Shown here: in pieces, positions 46,383 through 55,846 of the stretch | Position numbering within the stretch: the first letter of the stretch is position 1 | Layout: each line of letters starts with the position of its first letter | Origin: a virus | IMG/VR virus record: IMGVR_UViG_3300010883_000007 | Location: 40,453-104,452 of that record | Strand: one strand, 5' to 3' | DNA length: 64,000 bases | Made by a program: the position numbers and the translations under genes | Notes under the pieces: model-generated | Seen by the model: the letters and a program-made list of their open reading frames with translations, nothing else | The model's database searches: none | Told to the model about the DNA's origin: nothing

Positions 46383-47560
46383 TCTTCTTCTATCAATTTA
46401 GCCAGATTTTTTTCGTACACTAAGCGGATGCTCTCGTAGCTGTGACTCTCACGAAGTGAGTCCCTTAGCTTCAGGGCCCATTGCCTGGGAATCTCGGACT
46501 TTTTATAGAATGTCCTCAGCTTCTTCTTGGCATCTGCCTCCACTGGATTAGCCCACTTAGAATTCTCAACAAAAATATGATTGTCAACACGTGATGGGTG
46601 TATCTTGTTTAGGGAGTAGTTCACACCAATGAATTTGCCCTGGCGCATAAAATCCATGTGTCCAGACCAGGCTGTGGCTATAACCGGTAGGCCGGATGCT
46701 GCAGCCTCTAGAATCGGTAGACCGAAGCCCTCACCACGGGTAAGTGTCACCATAGCTTTTATCTTCTGATGACGATAGAGCGCAGCTACCTGATCATCGT
46801 CCATATGACCGTGAAGTAGGTATACCTTGGGATACTCCCCACGGCGGACTTCCCTAACCACTTGGGAGAATATCTTCTCTGTGATAATTCTATCTATCTT
46901 GGTCATCCTTCCGGAGTTAGACTTCACAACAATGCCCACATCGGAATCAGTGCTAAATTCTTCGCAGATCCACTTAAGCGTGTAGAAGAGGTTCTTTCGA
47001 TCATTATCTGGGTTATTGCCGGTAAGCTGACCAAAGAGTAGAAAATTGAATTCAGACTTCAAGTTTAAGTCTAGCTTTGGAAGCTCATTATCATCGAAAC
47101 TACAGGCGTCGTGAAAGGCTTCTGGTATCACAATAATTGGAACACTAAGATTCCCTGGCGACTTGAGAACCTTCTTAGTATGCTCTGACGGAACTACTAC
47201 AGCTGTCATCCTATTACATGCTTCTACCCACTCGGGATGACACCTGTCTGTCTCCACAGCTGCTGTGATCCCTATATTAACTCTGGCCAGTTCGGGATCC
47301 CACTCGTTAGGAAGCTGGATCTGGAGAGACACGTCATAGGGCGCGCCCTCTTTTGGCTCATGAAGCGATAATTTCATAATCTCACCCACTAGGCCCCCGA
47401 GATTCGAAGGATTTGTGTGCCACGGTGTGATCCCCCATGGAAGTAGCTGTGTTCGGACTTGGAAGTCTTTTCTAGAAAGTGCCCACCGCACTACCTGTCT
47501 GGAGTGTACACCATACCCAGACATTGTTAGAAGCGGACCTCGGACAACAACACTTTTCAT
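46379..47560 (-). CDS. glycosyltransferase, GT4/GT-B
   Basis: SGYG, DRKN, RGEGFGLPILEAAASGLPVIAT. Start placed at ATG 47560 with GGAG SD. Confidence 0.9.
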   Translation of the reverse strand: MKSVVVRGPLLTMSGYGVHSRQVVRWALSRKDFQVRTQLLPWGITPWHTNPSNLGGLVGEIMKLSLHEPKEGAPYDVSLQIQLPNEWDPELARVNIGITAAVETDRCHPEWVEACNRMTAVVVPSEHTKKVLKSPGNLSVPIIVIPEAFHDACSFDDNELPKLDLNLKSEFNFLLFGQLTGNNPDNDRKNLFYTLKWICEEFSTDSDVGIVVKSNSGRMTKIDRIITEKIFSQVVREVRRGEYPKVYLLHGHMDDDQVAALYRHQKIKAMVTLTRGEGFGLPILEAAASGLPVIATAWSGHMDFMRQGKFIGVNYSLNKIHPSRVDNHIFVENSKWANPVEADAKKKLRTFYKKSEIPRQWALKLRDSLRESHSYESIRLVYEKNLAKLIEEE

Positions 47561-47561
47561 C

Positions 47562-48815
47562 CTATATCTCCCTGATTGACCACGCTTCTCGGCGTTGTCG
47601 CTCTGGCCACTCCTCAATTAGCTTCACTAATGAATTGTGCCACATATCAATTGTGTCATTAATTGCGAACTCGGACAGGGCATAGTCACGTGCCTTTTGT
47701 CCGAGCTCTGACCTGCCATCTGGGCCCATATTGTATAGCTTGAGGAAGCCGGCGGCTACTGTCTCAACAGATGTGTACTCCTCATAAATGTACGGGACCT
47801 GTTGTGAACCTACCATTGTCTTAAACTCAATTGGAAGGGCCACACCGTTCTCGGATCCGTCGCGGTGGTCTACAACTTGGCGAGTCAGTCCGCCTGTACA
47901 AGTGGCAATAATGGGCTTTCCGCACTGCATGGACTCTAGGGTTGATAGCCCGAATCCCTCAGCATAGCTCATCTGAATACAGCAGTCAGTGATATTGTGG
48001 AGAACATTCATCCTCTCAAACTCGACCCTGTCCGGGGAGAAGACCACGCTGTCAACAATTCCCAACATCTCCGCTGTCACCAGTAAATTGGGACCCTCGT
48101 TATCCTGGGGCTGTGTGTGAAGGAGGAGTGTTGCCTTTCGGTGACCATGCTCTTTCTCAAGCTTGTCCAAAAATATCTTCCATGCCCAGAGAAGATCGTT
48201 GGGTCGTTTGCGCTTAGCGTTTCTATTAACCCAAAAGGCGACAAAGTGATCCTGCCTCTCTGGACCCAGAATCTCAGTCTTGTACCTTGCAATATCCTGT
48301 GGGTTCAGAGGAAAGAATAGATCCTGGGGAAGAGCATGGGGAATGAAGTTGGTCTTCTCAGGAAACCACTTGCTTACAAAATCATATGTCAGATGTGAGT
48401 GGCAATTAATTAGATCTGTGGACTCATACAACACCTTATTATACTCTGGCGCCGGATAATTGTCCCAGACATGCCAATATGCTATAGGGCATACCTGATG
48501 TACCTCATCCTCCATCTCCCATAGCCAGACAAAGAATCTTGGATCTGTGAATATCAGGAGAACATCGGGCTGCTCCTGAGCCAATGTTGTCATAAGCATC
48601 TCTCGGCTGCCAAAGCCATCGATGGGCTTTATGATAAAGTCATCATTGATCACCACAACACGGTAATCATCATGCTTTATTGCAGCGCCGAACTGCCTGA
48701 CTGACCAAGTCCCTTTCTCTATCAGACCGTTGATCAAAAATCTGCTCTGGCAACCCACTCCGGAGCTGCTAAGGGCATGGTCCGAAAGCATCAATATTTT
48801 CTTCTTCTGCGTCAT
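47562..48815 (-). CDS. glycosyltransferase, GT4/GT-B
   Basis: KILMLSD..SG, NRNAKRK, EGFGLSTLESMQCGKPII. Confidence 0.9.
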   Translation of the reverse strand: MTQKKKILMLSDHALSSSGVGCQSRFLINGLIEKGTWSVRQFGAAIKHDDYRVVVINDDFIIKPIDGFGSREMLMTTLAQEQPDVLLIFTDPRFFVWLWEMEDEVHQVCPIAYWHVWDNYPAPEYNKVLYESTDLINCHSHLTYDFVSKWFPEKTNFIPHALPQDLFFPLNPQDIARYKTEILGPERQDHFVAFWVNRNAKRKRPNDLLWAWKIFLDKLEKEHGHRKATLLLHTQPQDNEGPNLLVTAEMLGIVDSVVFSPDRVEFERMNVLHNITDCCIQMSYAEGFGLSTLESMQCGKPIIATCTGGLTRQVVDHRDGSENGVALPIEFKTMVGSQQVPYIYEEYTSVETVAAGFLKLYNMGPDGRSELGQKARDYALSEFAINDTIDMWHNSLVKLIEEWPERQRREAWSIREI

Positions 48816-48848
48816 ACTTGGTACTTCACTCCATCAATGGACCTACCA

Positions 48849-48876
48849 ATCATAACAAACGGAAGATATCAGTAAA
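48849..48876 (-). promoter_or_regulatory. sigma70-type promoter candidate
   Basis: TTTACT-16 nt-TATGAT with extended -10 TG, upstream of the GT4 pair. Confidence 0.45.
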
Positions 48877-48887
48877 AGCTAGTCTGC

Positions 48888-49739
48888 TCAGGGACAGGCA
48901 GGTGTGTTCTTAAACTCACAAAATCTGCACGACTGGCGATTCTTGAGAGTGATACCTTTTTGTAGACCCCAGATCATATTATTTACCATCTTATTGGCCT
49001 TGTCCAAAGTCTTAGGTCCTGTGGACACTTCAAATAAACTGCAGACATTCGGCCCACTGGATCCTCTCTTGAGGAGAATGAATCCTGTCTTGACATCTTT
49101 GAGGGGAATGTTATTCTTCTCAGCCCAGTAACTCTTGTAGAGCGCAATCTGAGCAAGTGTCAGAAAGTCCTGTTTCTTCTGCCGATGCCAGCCTCGAGGG
49201 CTCGCGGTCTTCCAGTCGAGGATCCAGTACTTCATCTGGCCTCGCTTATTCTTAGCTTTGAGGACTACATCAATATAACCCTTAAAGGTCACAGCCTCAT
49301 TGTCTTTGATAGACTCGTAGAGTGGCTCCTCCGCGCTGACACACTCCCATCCAGGGAACTCTGTGTCTAGAAAGCCGGACACTTCACTGAGTGTATCTTT
49401 AGCCCACTGGATCCAATTCTCAACAGGATCATGCTTATATGTCCAACCCTGGTTTCGCGCTTCACGCTGGCGCCTCTTAACGAACTCTTCCTCATCAAAC
49501 CCATGTGTTTCCCACGCAGCCTCGATAGCGTCAATCGCCGGCTGGGGATCCATAACTCCAGTCTTGAGAAACGACTCACAGCACTCATGAATAGCAGTAC
49601 CATAATCTAGATAGGGAGAGGCAATATCCTGTCCGAGCTTGTCGATGTATAGCAGCTTGTGCTTCCATGGACACTCCTTCCAGTTCTTCACCTCAGAGTA
49701 GGATACATGAGCTTTACCGGTAGGTAGTAATGAGTTCAT
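48888..49739 (-). CDS. PD-(D/E)XK exonuclease (AddB/Cas4-like, four-Cys Fe-S staple)
   Basis: SYS...CPW, GTAIH, E..L, GYID, ILDWKT, Q..LY, C-terminal CRFC......CP. Start placed at ATG 49739. Confidence 0.85.
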   Translation of the reverse strand: MNSLLPTGKAHVSYSEVKNWKECPWKHKLLYIDKLGQDIASPYLDYGTAIHECCESFLKTGVMDPQPAIDAIEAAWETHGFDEEEFVKRRQREARNQGWTYKHDPVENWIQWAKDTLSEVSGFLDTEFPGWECVSAEEPLYESIKDNEAVTFKGYIDVVLKAKNKRGQMKYWILDWKTASPRGWHRQKKQDFLTLAQIALYKSYWAEKNNIPLKDVKTGFILLKRGSSGPNVCSLFEVSTGPKTLDKANKMVNNMIWGLQKGITLKNRQSCRFCEFKNTPACP

Positions 49740-49745
49740 AAACCT

Positions 49746-49751
49746 ATTATA
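49746..49751 (-). promoter_or_regulatory. -10 element TATAAT (probably leaderless promoter)
   Basis: Perfect TATAAT 6 nt upstream of ATG 49739; weak -35. Confidence 0.4.
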
Positions 49752-49787
49752 CCTCGAGGTACAGCGCTTTATCACGTAGCATAAAAA

Positions 49788-50654
49788 TTAAGCTTCGACA
49801 AATTTACGTACGTACATTTCAAGATTGATCTGAGGGTCCCAGCCGGTAGCTTCTCTCATTTCGGTGTAGTCAGCCAATGTAATCCATGCCTCGCCCGGGC
49901 GCTTCTGAACGTACTCCACCTCGCCGCCAAACATTGTGGCTAACTCATTGATTGAGTAGTTCTCACCTGTTCCCAGCTGAAATATCTCTGAGTTCCACTT
50001 GCCATCACCCAGGGTCTTGAATCCCGACACAATATCACTCACGTGTGTGAAATCGCGGCGCTGTTCGCCTGTTCCTGTGATGGTTAATGGGTTACCATCT
50101 GAGTGCTGCTGCTGGAAGACACCCACCACAGTGGCATACGGTCCTGATGTTGGCTGTCGATCGCCGTAGACATTGAAAAATCTGGCAATAACTGTGCTAA
50201 GTCCGTAGACCTGACTGTATAATTCACATGTACGTTCCCCAGTGTGTTTGGCGAAAGCGTAGGGATTAAGCATCTCTCCACCGTATGCTGATGAGGATCC
50301 CGCATACACAACTTTGGCGTCGGCAGTTCGGGCGAACTCCAAAACATTCGCGGTGCCCCACGCGTCTATTGAGATATATTTGAGAGGATCCTTGAAGCTC
50401 GGCTGGATTCTGGCTAGCGCTGCCAAGTGGTAAATTACATCAAAACCCTGTGCGGCATCCTGCTGGTATCGGTATGTATTGATGTTCCTTACATCGTCGA
50501 TCCAGTACGTCACTCCCTCACACTGATAGCTTCGGTTGCTGGACTCAGAACAAAGGTTGTCCATGACAGTTAGATCGTGGCCCTCCTGTATCAAAGCTTC
50601 CACAAGGTGTGAGCCAATAAATCCCAACCCTCCGGTCACTAAAACTCTAGACAT
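49788..50654 (-). CDS. NAD-dependent nucleotide-sugar epimerase/dehydratase (extended SDR)
   Basis: TGGLGFIGSHL, HLAA, YAFAK (YxxxK), RFFNVYG, QRRDFTHV. Confidence 0.92.
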   Translation of the reverse strand: MSRVLVTGGLGFIGSHLVEALIQEGHDLTVMDNLCSESSNRSYQCEGVTYWIDDVRNINTYRYQQDAAQGFDVIYHLAALARIQPSFKDPLKYISIDAWGTANVLEFARTADAKVVYAGSSSAYGGEMLNPYAFAKHTGERTCELYSQVYGLSTVIARFFNVYGDRQPTSGPYATVVGVFQQQHSDGNPLTITGTGEQRRDFTHVSDIVSGFKTLGDGKWNSEIFQLGTGENYSINELATMFGGEVEYVQKRPGEAWITLADYTEMREATGWDPQINLEMYVRKFVEA

Positions 50655-50662
50655 GTCTTCTC

Positions 50663-51520
50663 CTAATCATCACTCACTGCTCGGCCGGGCATCTTTTCCC
50701 AATCACGATCATCTCGAACTTCATCATTTTTCTCCTTAACTGCCTGGAGAACTGTCGATTTTAGGCCGCGCTCCGCGAATACTGTTATCATTGCATTCAA
50801 GTCCTTGGGAAAGCAGTGTCCGCCGAACCCAAACGATCCGTCTGGACCTGGGACAGAAAAGTGTGTAGGCCCAAGGCGTTTATCATAAAGCGCATACTCA
50901 ACCACCTTATCGTAGTCTAAACCGAGGCGGGTGCACAGCTGGTACATCTCGTTCGAGAACGAGACTTTGGCAGATAGGAAGCAGTTTATAAAGTACTTCA
51001 CCATCTCCGCATGATCAGAGCTTGTCTTAATGATAGGCACAGCTGGGAATGCTTTGCGAAACAGGGTTTTTACTATCGACGATGCGGGTCGAGGCCCACC
51101 AACAATTATTCTAGTCTGATTCTTGAAGTCATTGACTGCATTAGCCTCTGTCAGAAACTCCGGACAGAACACCACTGTTATATCATCGAACTCCTCGTTT
51201 AGAGAGCTTGTGGTGCCAGGAGGCACAGTTGATTTGAGGATCACAATTCGATCCTTGAATTTAAGCTCTCGACACAAGTCGTTTACTTCTTCAACAACGT
51301 CTTCAACAATTCTAATGTCACACGATCCATCAGGACGCATAGGTGTTGGAAGACACACAAAAATAATTCTGCATGTCTCGACTACTTCTCTAAGGGACAT
51401 GCAATTGCACAGGGCCCGATTAATATCAAATGTTCGTAAATTGTAGAAGCCTGAAAGGCCTTCGCGAATTGCTCCGCCCACAAATCCCTGACCAACAATT
51501 CCTACTGAATTAAGGCTCAT
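50663..51520 (-). CDS. UDP-glucose/GDP-mannose 6-dehydrogenase family protein (short form lacking C-terminal domain)
   Basis: GQGFVG, CLPTP, KSTVPPG, PEFL, EMVKY, GFGGHCFPKD; AGGAGGT SD. Confidence 0.9.
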   Translation of the reverse strand: MSLNSVGIVGQGFVGGAIREGLSGFYNLRTFDINRALCNCMSLREVVETCRIIFVCLPTPMRPDGSCDIRIVEDVVEEVNDLCRELKFKDRIVILKSTVPPGTTSSLNEEFDDITVVFCPEFLTEANAVNDFKNQTRIIVGGPRPASSIVKTLFRKAFPAVPIIKTSSDHAEMVKYFINCFLSAKVSFSNEMYQLCTRLGLDYDKVVEYALYDKRLGPTHFSVPGPDGSFGFGGHCFPKDLNAMITVFAERGLKSTVLQAVKEKNDEVRDDRDWEKMPGRAVSDD

Positions 51521-51600
51521 CTATTCTACCTCCTAGCATTGCGGCCTGCAGTGCTGGGTGTAACTGTACCGCGTATTTCTCGAACTTTTAGGTCGTTTCA

Positions 51601-52284
51601 CTAACCAATACACGACCACGTAGCTCCATTAGGTGTCCAGAAGTGGTGACACCTCAAATTTGGGTCAAAGACAAAGTGCATACCCAACTCCACTAGAGCA
51701 GCTGCCCAGTATCTGTCTTCCTTTCCCGAAAGGTTCTCATCGAAGGGAAGCTCCTGCCACACGTCTGTCCTGATAAAAGAGAATGCATTGTGGAAGAAAA
51801 ACCTCCCCTCTGGGTTGTTTATTTCAAGGGGATTTTTGACCCTCTCTTCAGACAAAAAATTAGTCCACACATACCTGGGTGTCACTTTCTTGCCCCTGTA
51901 TATGGGAATCTGGCAGCCGAGAACGGCGAAACACCCATTCTCGTCTAGCGTCTTCGATATCGACTTGGGATCAGTCTGAGTTATCTTACAGTGTGATGAT
52001 AAGATACCGGTAAACTTCACATCGCGTTGTGTCATGTACATCACTCCCGCATTGAGGGCTCGTCCCGGTGTGTACACAGTGTCAGGAATGTTTATCACAT
52101 TAATATCGTAGAACTTTCTCGGAAATAACTGGACTACCTTGAGTGTCTCATCTGTGGAGTCGTTGTCGACTATTACAATGGGTGTCTTCTTTCCGAAGGT
52201 GTCCAAGATAGACTGGATCGCGTAACCTATGTGCCGCTCCTCATTTCTTGATCGGACAACAAAACCAAACTCAGGTTGTGTCAT
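51601..52284 (-). CDS. glycosyltransferase, GT2/GT-A
   Basis: VVRSRNEE, IVDNDSTD, ALN.G, PFDE...ED. Confidence 0.85.
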   Translation of the reverse strand: MTQPEFGFVVRSRNEERHIGYAIQSILDTFGKKTPIVIVDNDSTDETLKVVQLFPRKFYDINVINIPDTVYTPGRALNAGVMYMTQRDVKFTGILSSHCKITQTDPKSISKTLDENGCFAVLGCQIPIYRGKKVTPRYVWTNFLSEERVKNPLEINNPEGRFFFHNAFSFIRTDVWQELPFDENLSGKEDRYWAAALVELGMHFVFDPNLRCHHFWTPNGATWSCIG

Positions 52285-53101
52285 TTACCCACCTTCCTCG
52301 ATAGTTTTCCCGGGAGTCTGACTCACACTTCAAGTAGTTCCTTCCGCTGTAGTACAGCATCTGCTCTCGGGCCTTGATATACTTGCTTATTTGAGATAGC
52401 TCTCCTGGGAGGATTGCAAACTTGTTGTCCCGGCCCGGGAGGTTGTGGTTGACAGTAAAGTGCTTCTCAATAACCTCAACACCCATCTCCAAACTGGCCA
52501 GGGCGTCGAATATTCCCGGGAAGTGACCACTATAGCCCACCCTCTCGTGGAGATCGCTCAGATCCTTTATCCTCATGAGATTACACCTCTCTGGCAAGCA
52601 GGGGTAAGAGGAGACACAGTGAAGGAGTGTAAAGTTCATGTCTGCTTCAGCTAATGTGTCGCGCGCTTGAATTACCTCGTCCCAGACACAGGAACCTGTA
52701 GAGAGGTACACGTGATGTCTGGGATTAGTTCCGAAGACTCTCACAATCTCATCAATTAATGCTGTATTCGACAACTCAGTACTTGGTACTTTCACTTCAT
52801 CACAGAGACTTTCCACCATCTCCACACTATCAGTGGAAAAACAGGATGTCAAGAACTTAACACCATTCTGATTACAGTGATCTCTCAGGAGAATGTGATT
52901 TTCCATCGTGAGCTCAGCCTGCTGATAGATTTGTCGGCGGCCGTCTTCGTCCCAGGGCCCAGGCTTGAGACTCTTTTCTGACCATGTTTGGAATTTCACA
53001 GTATCAGCGCCGGCTGCAGCTGCCTCCTGAATCATCGTTTTAGCCAGACCCATGTCTCCCATGTGGTTCCAGCCAACCTCAGCAATTAGTTTTACAGTCA
53101 T
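52271..53101 (-). CDS. neuB: nonulosonate (N-acetylneuraminate-type) synthase, lacking C-terminal SAF domain
   Basis: IAEVGWNHMGD, ADTVKFQ, KVPS, LSTG, LHCVSSYP, GYSGH, IEKHFT. Confidence 0.9.
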   Translation of the reverse strand: MTVKLIAEVGWNHMGDMGLAKTMIQEAAAAGADTVKFQTWSEKSLKPGPWDEDGRRQIYQQAELTMENHILLRDHCNQNGVKFLTSCFSTDSVEMVESLCDEVKVPSTELSNTALIDEIVRVFGTNPRHHVYLSTGSCVWDEVIQARDTLAEADMNFTLLHCVSSYPCLPERCNLMRIKDLSDLHERVGYSGHFPGIFDALASLEMGVEVIEKHFTVNHNLPGRDNKFAILPGELSQISKYIKAREQMLYYSGRNYLKCESDSRENYRGRWVNDTT

Positions 53102-53134
53102 CCTCTACCTCTCGTTCATCTATATCTTGTTATT

Positions 53135-53163
53135 AGTATACGAAGGATGCTTCTCAATGTGAA
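53135..53163 (-). promoter_or_regulatory. sigma70-type promoter candidate for neuB
   Basis: TTCACA-17 nt-TATACT. Confidence 0.5.
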
Positions 53164-53210
53164 TCAACTTACACCTCCTGAGTATCCCATGGTGTGATTA
53201 TCGCCTGAAT

Positions 53211-54161
53211 TCATGAAGTTTTATCCGGTGGCCACGATGCGAGCCTTCGAACGGCGTGATTGTATGCGATGGCCTGGGCGTCTGATGTCGAGCCACCCAC
53301 ATGTGGTGTGATAGTTACCCTATCGTTTCCCAAACTGAGCAGAGGAGATTCAAGGGGTCTGGCAAACTCATTCTCCAGGACATCAGTCGCATAGTGGCCG
53401 AGATTGCCTGTTTTCAGCCACGCAGTGACAGCATGCTCGTCGACGATTGCGCCTCTTGATGTATTGATCAGTATGAGATTCTTCCTGCAATTGGAGAGTG
53501 TCTCCTTATTAATCATATGGTGTGTCTCGCTGGTCACATGGACATGCAGGGAGACAATATCACTGGACGCGACTAGATCCTCTAAACTCAGAGACATCTC
53601 ATAGGGACAATCTGACACGTAGGGATCAGCGATAAGAACCTGGGCCCCGAATGCACTGCAGTACTTTGCCATCATCTTTCCGAGGCGGCCGTATCCCACA
53701 ATTCCCACTGTGAGGCAGTTCAGTTGCCTCGCTAGAAAGGGTTCCCAGGTCCAGGAGCCATCCCTCACAGACTGATTGCCGCAGTTTATCTTTCTCAGAG
53801 ATGACATCATAAGCGCAAAAGCATGCTCAGCAGTTGACGTAATTCGTTCCAACACATGCATGTCTCTTGTTATAGAGATAATGTGGATCTTATTTTTCTC
53901 ACAGAACTCACTGTCTATATGATTAGTTCCCGTAGAAGCTGTACAGATAACCCTCACACCTGTCCCACTAAGGATCTCACTCCCAAGAATAAACCCCTGC
54001 ATGTTAGGGTTGGTAAAGATTACATCACAACCATCACTGAGTAGCGCTTCTCGGGTTGTTATAGCTGTCGGGTGTGGCAGATAAAATACATCACCTAGCT
54101 TATCGAGCCCTGAACGCACGCCCACTATATGATCGATTGGTGTAATACAGGCAATTCTCAC
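53211..54161 (-). CDS. D-isomer-specific 2-hydroxyacid dehydrogenase (SerA/LdhA family)
   Basis: STGTNHID, TAEH, GIVGYGRLG, INTSRG, DVLENE, TPHVGG. Confidence 0.9.
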   Translation of the reverse strand: MRIACITPIDHIVGVRSGLDKLGDVFYLPHPTAITTREALLSDGCDVIFTNPNMQGFILGSEILSGTGVRVICTASTGTNHIDSEFCEKNKIHIISITRDMHVLERITSTAEHAFALMMSSLRKINCGNQSVRDGSWTWEPFLARQLNCLTVGIVGYGRLGKMMAKYCSAFGAQVLIADPYVSDCPYEMSLSLEDLVASSDIVSLHVHVTSETHHMINKETLSNCRKNLILINTSRGAIVDEHAVTAWLKTGNLGHYATDVLENEFARPLESPLLSLGNDRVTITPHVGGSTSDAQAIAYNHAVRRLASWPPDKTS

Positions 54162-54850
54162 AGGGATCCCTTTCCCTCGATAACTGCTTGTGCTATGTAC
54201 AGATCAATTGGCTCGTCTATGTTGATCGATCGTTCTGCGGGCATAACGTAAGGGCGTGTCACAGGGCCCAGGCGGCGCCCAGTCGATAATAGGGACTCCC
54301 GAGTAGATGCGTAGATTGAACCATTCCTGATGTATGCTGGCGGGGACAAATCCTGGCGGCGGCTCTCCGGTATCTCTGGATAGAAATCCATCAGCCTATC
54401 ATTCTCAATATACTTCACACGACTGGGGTGCGCGTCCCATACCCTGGACACAGACACAACTGAGTCTGATCCTGTGGTCACTAACTTCTTGATCACACTA
54501 TCGATATCATGGGCTGTCTTGAGGGGATTTGTTGCCATGAGCTCCACAATAATTTCGTATTCCTCGAAACATTCTACAACATCGATGAGTGCGGCCGCTG
54601 ACGTTGTCGTGTCCAGCGCTAACTCATTGGGGCGCTTGTGATAATCGATATTGTGATTCCTACAGACGCTAGCAATATTGGTGTCTTCTGTAGACACAAT
54701 GTACTTGTCAATATACATGCTCTTTTGGACCTCGAGGAAGGTGTAGCAGATAAGGGGCAGGCCGGCGATAGGAGCGATATTCTTGCTCGGTATTCGCTTA
54801 GAGCCACCTCGGGCTAGGGTAACTGCTAGAACTCTCTTTCCGGAAAACAC
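54158..54850 (-). CDS. neuA: acylneuraminate (CMP-nonulosonate) cytidylyltransferase
   Basis: LARGGSKRIPSKNI, RP.ELA.D, TNPL, RRQDL, RNGSIY, INID. Confidence 0.9.
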   Translation of the reverse strand: MFSGKRVLAVTLARGGSKRIPSKNIAPIAGLPLICYTFLEVQKSMYIDKYIVSTEDTNIASVCRNHNIDYHKRPNELALDTTTSAAALIDVVECFEEYEIIVELMATNPLKTAHDIDSVIKKLVTTGSDSVVSVSRVWDAHPSRVKYIENDRLMDFYPEIPESRRQDLSPPAYIRNGSIYASTRESLLSTGRRLGPVTRPYVMPAERSINIDEPIDLYIAQAVIEGKGSL

Positions 54851-54879
54851 TGGTCCATCCTCGACCTTCCTACAAACAA

Positions 54880-54908
54880 ATCATATGAAACTATCGTCAG
54901 TTTTACAA
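54880..54908 (-). promoter_or_regulatory. sigma70-type promoter candidate for neuA
   Basis: TTGTAA-17 nt-TATGAT. Confidence 0.5.
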
Positions 54909-54915
54909 TTAGTTC

Positions 54916-55833
54916 TCAGATCTGATCGAACTGGTCCTTCAGAATAACTCTAATCTCTTCTAAGCTGTCAGTACCGAACTTTTGACGATTAGCGCTGAAT
55001 TTGTGGGTCTCTATAAAAGGCTCTGGGTGGAGGGATTGGATCGTAGCTGTCTGGTCTGCAAATTTATTCTCTGTATCAAATCGAGACTGTAAGAATATTG
55101 CATTATTGGATCTTCCGACGGTGATATTCTCTTGCATCACGTGAACCAAACGATACCCAAATCTTCCTGTAAGATCTGTTAGGGCTTTGAGGCTCACACC
55201 GTAGTTGGATGATCCTGCTGTAAAGATGCCATCCTTGCTGTCATCGGCTGTGTAACACTTGGTGTACGACTCGTCAAAACTAAATGCTGGATTGAACTCT
55301 GCAATTAGTAAGTTCGACAAGTAGTCGGCTTCCAACATTTCTTTCAGGACCCAGTAGTCCATATTGTCGATGTCCAGGGAGATGAAGTCCATCCTCTTTG
55401 GGCAGCCCAGTGTGGATAAGCAATCGCACACATTTTCCCTAGTAATCCATTCTTTAACTACGTGGGCATCGTTGTGCTTATTTTCTCCATCAATTAGAAG
55501 CGCTTTTATTTTAATGTTACTCTGCCCTTGTTGGAAAAGGCTGTCAGCCCTCGACCCAACAATAGGTACCACATTTGATGCCATCGTCGAGTAGGCACCG
55601 ATATCAAGAACAAAGTCAAACTCTAAACCAATATTATCAAAGATGTGTCGTGTAACACCGACGTTACCGTCTTCTGTTCCGTACAAATCCCACGGGAAGT
55701 ACTCTTCTATCGGGATGCGTTTTTCTAGATGGAAGAGAGGCGCATACTTCGCTGCTAGACTGAGATTACTATAGTGGCCACCTATCTCACCCCGATAGCC
55801 CTCAAGTTCATCTAGAAAATACTTTTCGCTCAT
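54916..55833 (-). CDS. FkbM-like SAM-dependent methyltransferase
   Basis: EDG, VLDIGA, LLIDG, WITREN, DFISLDID.MDYWV, AEFN, YG.SL.A, GYRLV, NAIF. Confidence 0.75.
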   Translation of the reverse strand: MSEKYFLDELEGYRGEIGGHYSNLSLAAKYAPLFHLEKRIPIEEYFPWDLYGTEDGNVGVTRHIFDNIGLEFDFVLDIGAYSTMASNVVPIVGSRADSLFQQGQSNIKIKALLIDGENKHNDAHVVKEWITRENVCDCLSTLGCPKRMDFISLDIDNMDYWVLKEMLEADYLSNLLIAEFNPAFSFDESYTKCYTADDSKDGIFTAGSSNYGVSLKALTDLTGRFGYRLVHVMQENITVGRSNNAIFLQSRFDTENKFADQTATIQSLHPEPFIETHKFSANRQKFGTDSLEEIRVILKDQFDQI

Positions 55834-55846
55834 ATCCCTTTATCCC

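Noticed and set aside
51535-51555. Short imperfect hairpin upstream of the UDP-sugar dehydrogenase SD
   Set aside because: Weak stem with a mismatch and no U-tract; insufficient to call a terminator or riboregulator.
50663-53101. Short ugd-like and neuB genes as pseudogenes
   Set aside because: Catalytic motifs are intact, there is no downstream remnant of the missing domains, and neighbours abut directly; probably natural compact forms.
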